Below are positions 60,137 to 64,000 of a stretch of 64,000 nt of DNA, piece after piece (within the stretch, counting starts at the first letter, position 1; each line of letters begins with the position of its first letter). Below the pieces are notes generated by a model. The model was not told where the DNA came from, searched no databases, and saw nothing but the letters and a program-made list of their open reading frames with translations. The stretch comes from a virus. Location of the stretch: the IMG/VR virus record IMGVR_UViG_3300012920_000022, positions 1 through 64,000 of that record. One strand, 5' to 3'. A program made the position numbers and the translations under genes.

Positions 60137-60361
60137 CTATGTTTTAATTTTTTCTAAATTATCCATGGATCTTTGTATTAATCCAGATTTATATGACATA
60201 CCTTCGTTGTCTAATTCAGATATCCAACCCTGTAAAGTTGATAACATTGTATTTACCATGTCATTTGTGATATTTTCCGATATTTTTGGGCTAGTATCCT
60301 CATTGTCTTTGTCATCATCCCCACCATCTTCTTCATATAAATTTGTATTTATTGTTTTCAT
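60137..60361 (-). CDS. Small acidic protein (possible head-internal protein)
   Basis: MKTINTNLYEE leader. Confidence 0.5.
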   Translation of the reverse strand: MKTINTNLYEEDGGDDDKDNEDTSPKISENITNDMVNTMLSTLQGWISELDNEGMSYKSGLIQRSMDNLEKIKT

Positions 60362-60363
60362 GG

Positions 60364-62418
60364 CTAATTAAAATAATTTTCTACATACCAATTATTGTCA
60401 ATATTTATCATATCCACAAAATGACCAACACTAGTTAAAGATATATTATTACCATCATTGGTAAATATTTTTATTGGTGCACTTGAATTATTTATTATGT
60501 CCACATTACCGGAACCTTTGTGGATTAATCTAATTTTTGATAAATTTTTTATATTATTATAACTTAATGATTCAATGGTAATATTACCATTGAATAATAA
60601 AAATATGTTCCTAATATTAGTGATATCTATTGATCCATTTTGAATCTCTAATATTGGATTTGATTGATGCTCGATTGACTGGCTTAATGTTTCACTAGAT
60701 AATTTTGGTTCATTGAATATGATTCCATCTGATTCACTTAACATATCTATCATACCAGAGTGTATCATTATATAAATCTGTGATATTGTGGATATGTTAT
60801 TGTTGTTTAATTTAACTGATATTGGTGGTGTGTCTGCTGTATTATCATTATTTGTATCAAATGATATATATAGTGGTTTATCTTCAAGGGGCAATGAAAA
60901 ATTTATTTTCATTACCCCATCTGATATGTCATTTGATGAACACAGTATATTTTGTGAGTTACTACTAACATTTCTACTTATCTCATTAGACTCTCTATAT
61001 AAATTTTTCCCAGTGATGTTATTAACTGTACTGTTATTACATTCATATAATGATACATTAGATACATTATATGATGTGGATATAAATGTTTTTAAGATAT
61101 TATGATTTGAATTATTATGTGATATTATATGATCACTATCATCTAATCTAACCATACTATTATTAATTAAATTAGATTCATTGGATTGTCTAATTTCAAC
61201 ATCACTACTAGATAGTATTGAAATATTAAAAGAATTTTTTATAGAAATATCATTAGACTGTTTAATTTCAATATTATTGCTAGATAGTATTGAAATATTG
61301 AAAGAATTTTTTATAGAAATATTATTTAATAAACTGGTATTATCATATGACATCATGTGATCACAATTTAACAATGACATTCTTCTCACATTGTTAAATC
61401 TCACATTATCACAATTTTTTATGATTATCGAACTGTTATTATTGGATGTGCAATTTGTTAATGATATATTAGTAGAATTTTCTATGATTAAGTTATTACA
61501 ATTATGGAATGAATTTCTACCATTACTTATACCGTGATCATCATAACTTGGGTGATTTGAGTTTGGAACCAATATTCTTATATTCTTACAGGTTCCACCA
61601 CTGGGGGAATTATCGAAAGTATAAATTTGTGATTTATTTGATATGAATTCCGGTGAACTTATATCAGAATATGTATTTAATCCCAGTGTGTTATCTAAAC
61701 CTTTTTCAAATTTTACATATCTCCAATCATAATTTGCCGATAGATTTTTTATGGTGCATATTCTATCAGTTATATGTTCTGATGTAATATCTAATGATAT
61801 TAGATCATTAGGATAAGTCAATGAGTTGAACCTATTGATGAATGTGTTATTGGATGTGGCTTTTATCAATAGGCTTTGGTTTATTGAAGATGTTATTACA
61901 CTACCATTTATTGTATATTTTGATTTAAATGATACTATATAGATTTTATTGGCTATTAGACCACTACTATTTATTAATGATTTAAAACCATTTAGATCCA
62001 TTGAGTCCACCTTTATACCATCCATACCAATAATAATTGCACTATTGTCTTTTATAGCTATTGGTAAAATAATATCAGATAACTCATTTACGTTAAATGC
62101 AGATTTATCTGGTTTAACTAAATCATAATAATTTCCATTTATGTTTATTAATATTTGTTTTTTGTCATTTTGATCATTTATTGATATATAGAACTCTTTG
62201 CCTATATCTGGTGTTCCATTTAATTGATATATGTTATGAGTTGCATTTGATGTTTTAGTAGAATCGAATATTGTTTGATTGTTTTGATTTATGAATATTA
62301 TAGATCCATCTGATTTCATTAATTTCAGATTACCATCAGTATCATCTATAAATATAATACCATATCCTGAATTGGGTGTATCTATGGATAATGGATTTTT
62401 AGCTTTTAAGTTTATCAT
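60364..62418 (-). CDS. Tail fibre/beta-helix virion protein
   Basis: N-module shared with 9860..11512; N/S/I beta-helix repeats. Confidence 0.55.
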   Translation of the reverse strand: MINLKAKNPLSIDTPNSGYGIIFIDDTDGNLKLMKSDGSIIFINQNNQTIFDSTKTSNATHNIYQLNGTPDIGKEFYISINDQNDKKQILININGNYYDLVKPDKSAFNVNELSDIILPIAIKDNSAIIIGMDGIKVDSMDLNGFKSLINSSGLIANKIYIVSFKSKYTINGSVITSSINQSLLIKATSNNTFINRFNSLTYPNDLISLDITSEHITDRICTIKNLSANYDWRYVKFEKGLDNTLGLNTYSDISSPEFISNKSQIYTFDNSPSGGTCKNIRILVPNSNHPSYDDHGISNGRNSFHNCNNLIIENSTNISLTNCTSNNNSSIIIKNCDNVRFNNVRRMSLLNCDHMMSYDNTSLLNNISIKNSFNISILSSNNIEIKQSNDISIKNSFNISILSSSDVEIRQSNESNLINNSMVRLDDSDHIISHNNSNHNILKTFISTSYNVSNVSLYECNNSTVNNITGKNLYRESNEISRNVSSNSQNILCSSNDISDGVMKINFSLPLEDKPLYISFDTNNDNTADTPPISVKLNNNNISTISQIYIMIHSGMIDMLSESDGIIFNEPKLSSETLSQSIEHQSNPILEIQNGSIDITNIRNIFLLFNGNITIESLSYNNIKNLSKIRLIHKGSGNVDIINNSSAPIKIFTNDGNNISLTSVGHFVDMINIDNNWYVENYFN
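61178..61322 (-). repeat. 72-bp (24-aa) tandem duplication inside the beta-helix protein
   Basis: ISIKNSFNISILSSNNIEIKQSND / ISIKNSFNISILSSSDVEIRQSNE. Confidence 0.85.
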
Positions 62419-62419
62419 G

Positions 62420-63226
62420 CTATAGTATTACTAGTTCACCATCTATATTAAATTCACCATCTATTGTTATAGATTGATGAACTATATATTGATAATCTTC
62501 ATTTACATTTACAATTAGAGTATCAGGTATATAATTTCTAATACCATCAACTCCATCTGCATCAACCAATTCATATTCAGACCCATTGTATCTTAATAGA
62601 TAGTTATTATTAGATAATGGAGTTGGTGGTAGCACTATATCATTTATTAATGATAACGTTATTAATTTAAATAACACATTAGATCCATCAAATGTGAGAA
62701 ATGAATCTGCGGTATTTGCTGGTGCAAAGTTTATCTCACCACTATCGTTTCTGGTTATTGCACCATTAAGATTTATGGCATTATTTATATCTACTTCTGA
62801 TAGTGAATAAAATGAGTAGTCTCTATCATACCATATATTATCATTAACATCATAAACCAGTATTCTATTATCACCAGACAATGGATAGTTAAAATCATCT
62901 ACATCATCCAAATCTTTCAGGTATTGGGCACCTCCTCCACCACTACCGGAGGAATTTATCGGTTTCCACTTTGCCCCATCCCATCCCAATACTTGACCTA
63001 CGGTTGGTGCATCCGCGTTTTCAGTAGACACATCTGAATGTAAATTTATTGAACCTAATCCTTGGTTTATTGAATCCAATATTGCATCAAATGTACATTC
63101 ATATGATTCCAATACAGGTATCAAATTCTTAAAATTTTCATTTATGGTAAGTCTCATCTTGGAATTACTGGAATTGCTACCAATTTCAGATATCTTACCA
63201 TTTATTTTTATTAATGATATTGGCAT
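62420..63226 (-). CDS. Tail fibre-like virion protein
   Basis: GQVLGWDGAKW and LKDLDDVD repeats, C-terminal YQYIV..ITIDG..IDGELV. Confidence 0.6.
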   Translation of the reverse strand: MPISLIKINGKISEIGSNSSNSKMRLTINENFKNLIPVLESYECTFDAILDSINQGLGSINLHSDVSTENADAPTVGQVLGWDGAKWKPINSSGSGGGGAQYLKDLDDVDDFNYPLSGDNRILVYDVNDNIWYDRDYSFYSLSEVDINNAINLNGAITRNDSGEINFAPANTADSFLTFDGSNVLFKLITLSLINDIVLPPTPLSNNNYLLRYNGSEYELVDADGVDGIRNYIPDTLIVNVNEDYQYIVHQSITIDGEFNIDGELVIL

Positions 63227-63234
63227 GTATTATT

Positions 63235-63242
63235 TATTTATA
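63235..63242 (-). promoter_or_regulatory. T4 late promoter consensus TATAAATA
   Basis: Exact TATAAATA 8 nt upstream of the 63226 start of the structural operon. Confidence 0.55.
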
Positions 63243-63259
63243 ACATTAATTCTGTTGTG

Positions 63260-63320
63260 TTATATGACAATCTGTCATATAATATCCATTGGTACGATTT
63301 TTGTAATATTTTATGTAAAA
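63260..63320 (+). promoter_or_regulatory. Palindrome + sigma54-like promoter module, copy 3 (drives the LRR gene)
   Basis: ATATGACAatcTGTCATAT-aatatcca-TTGGTACGATTTTTGTAATATTTtatgtaaaa. Confidence 0.7.
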
Positions 63321-63333
63321 AACCATTATCGTA

Positions 63334-64000
63334 ATGAATAACATTATAAAGTTGCTACGCAGTGGCATAGATTGTAATATAAAATTGGCATTTACTTTTG
63401 CATCATCATTGAAGTATAATACTGATGTATCTGTGGAATTAAGAAAATTTCCATTATATTGTTTGGAATATGGTGTGGAAATGGGTTACATGATGGAGTT
63501 AAAAAGTTTATGGTTAGATGAATTAAGTTTAACTGAGTTACCAGAATCAATTGGTAATCTGAAAAAATTAACTAGATTGCATGTTAGTTATAACCACTTA
63601 ACTAAATTACCAGAATCAGTTGGTAATTTGAAAAATTTGGAATGGCTATATGTTAATAATAACCACTTAACTAAATTACCAGAATCAGTTGGTAATTTAG
63701 AATCGCTAACTAGATTGTATATTAATGGTAACCACTTAACTAAATTGCCAGAATCAGTTGGTAATTTGAAAAATTTGGAATGGCTATATGTTGGTTATAA
63801 TGATTTAAACGAATTACCAGAATCAATAGGCAATTTAAAAAATTTGGAATTATTATATGTTAGTCATAACCGATTAACTAAATTGCCAGAATCAGTTGGT
63901 AATTTGAAAAAACTAGTTGAATTGTATGTTAGTCATAACCGATTAACTAAATTGCCAGAATCAGTTGGTAATTTGAAAAAACTAGTTGAATTGTATGTCA
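63334..64000 (+). CDS. LRR protein, 5' part (runs off the window; not in the ORF track)
   Basis: Manual translation MNNIIKLLRSGIDCNIKLAF..FPLYCLEYG.., then about seven 23-aa repeats LTKLPESVGNLKxLxxLYVxxN. Confidence 0.9.
   Translation, partial: MNNIIKLLRSGIDCNIKLAFTFASSLKYNTDVSVELRKFPLYCLEYGVEMGYMMELKSLWLDELSLTELPESIGNLKKLTRLHVSYNHLTKLPESVGNLKNLEWLYVNNNHLTKLPESVGNLESLTRLYINGNHLTKLPESVGNLKNLEWLYVGYNDLNELPESIGNLKNLELLYVSHNRLTKLPESVGNLKKLVELYVSHNRLTKLPESVGNLKKLVELYV
63529..64000 (+). repeat. 69-bp tandem LRR repeats; 63856-63924 and 63925-63993 are identical
   Basis: Repeated ttaactaaatt(a/g)ccagaatcagttggtaatttg with a 69-nt period. Confidence 0.9.

Noticed and set aside
63529-64000. CRISPR array suggested by regular repeats
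   Set aside because: The period is 69 bp, in frame and encodes LRRs; the variable parts recur and are not unique spacers; no cas genes are present.
1-64000. Diversity-generating retroelement acting on the LRR genes
   Set aside because: No reverse transcriptase in the window and no TR/VR pair differing only at adenines was seen.
1-64000. Eukaryotic giant virus or bacterial chromosome origin because of the many LRRs
   Set aside because: T4-like portal, neck, baseplate, gp32, primase, an amidase endolysin and coupled operons indicate a tailed bacteriophage.

Overview
This 64-kb window is a densely coding, very AT-rich piece of a T4-superfamily (myovirus-type) jumbo phage genome, read in the standard genetic code. 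GC is roughly a quarter by eye. T4-like core genes are scattered in short, strand-switching units: portal, neck gp13/gp14, gp15, baseplate gp5/gp6/gp25/gp26, DNA end protector, gp32 SSB, primase, UvsY and UvsW. Host-derived genes suggest a Bacteroidota host (inference). Main observations: (1) a PurZ (2-aminoadenine/Z-base pathway) with all the PurZ-type signature substitutions; (2) three copies of a fixed-geometry promoter module, palindrome ATATGACA-N3-TGTCATAT + 8 nt + sigma54-like -24/-12 box, in front of a phage ECF sigma, an early-gene cluster and an LRR gene; (3) a terminase large subunit that ends in the N-half of an atypically split intein, with no C-half in the window; (4) several proteins with T4 internal-protein-like capsid-targeting leaders, including an ART-like enzyme, an LRR protein and an Ntn hydrolase whose catalytic Cys would be exposed by prohead-protease cleavage; (5) an expanded LRR family with a shared N-cap, shuffled 69-bp repeats and slippage sites; (6) Tad1-like, DUF4007/SspB-like and degenerate two-component genes. 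No tRNA, rRNA or CRISPR array was recognised. All calls come from visual motif recognition; no database searches were run.
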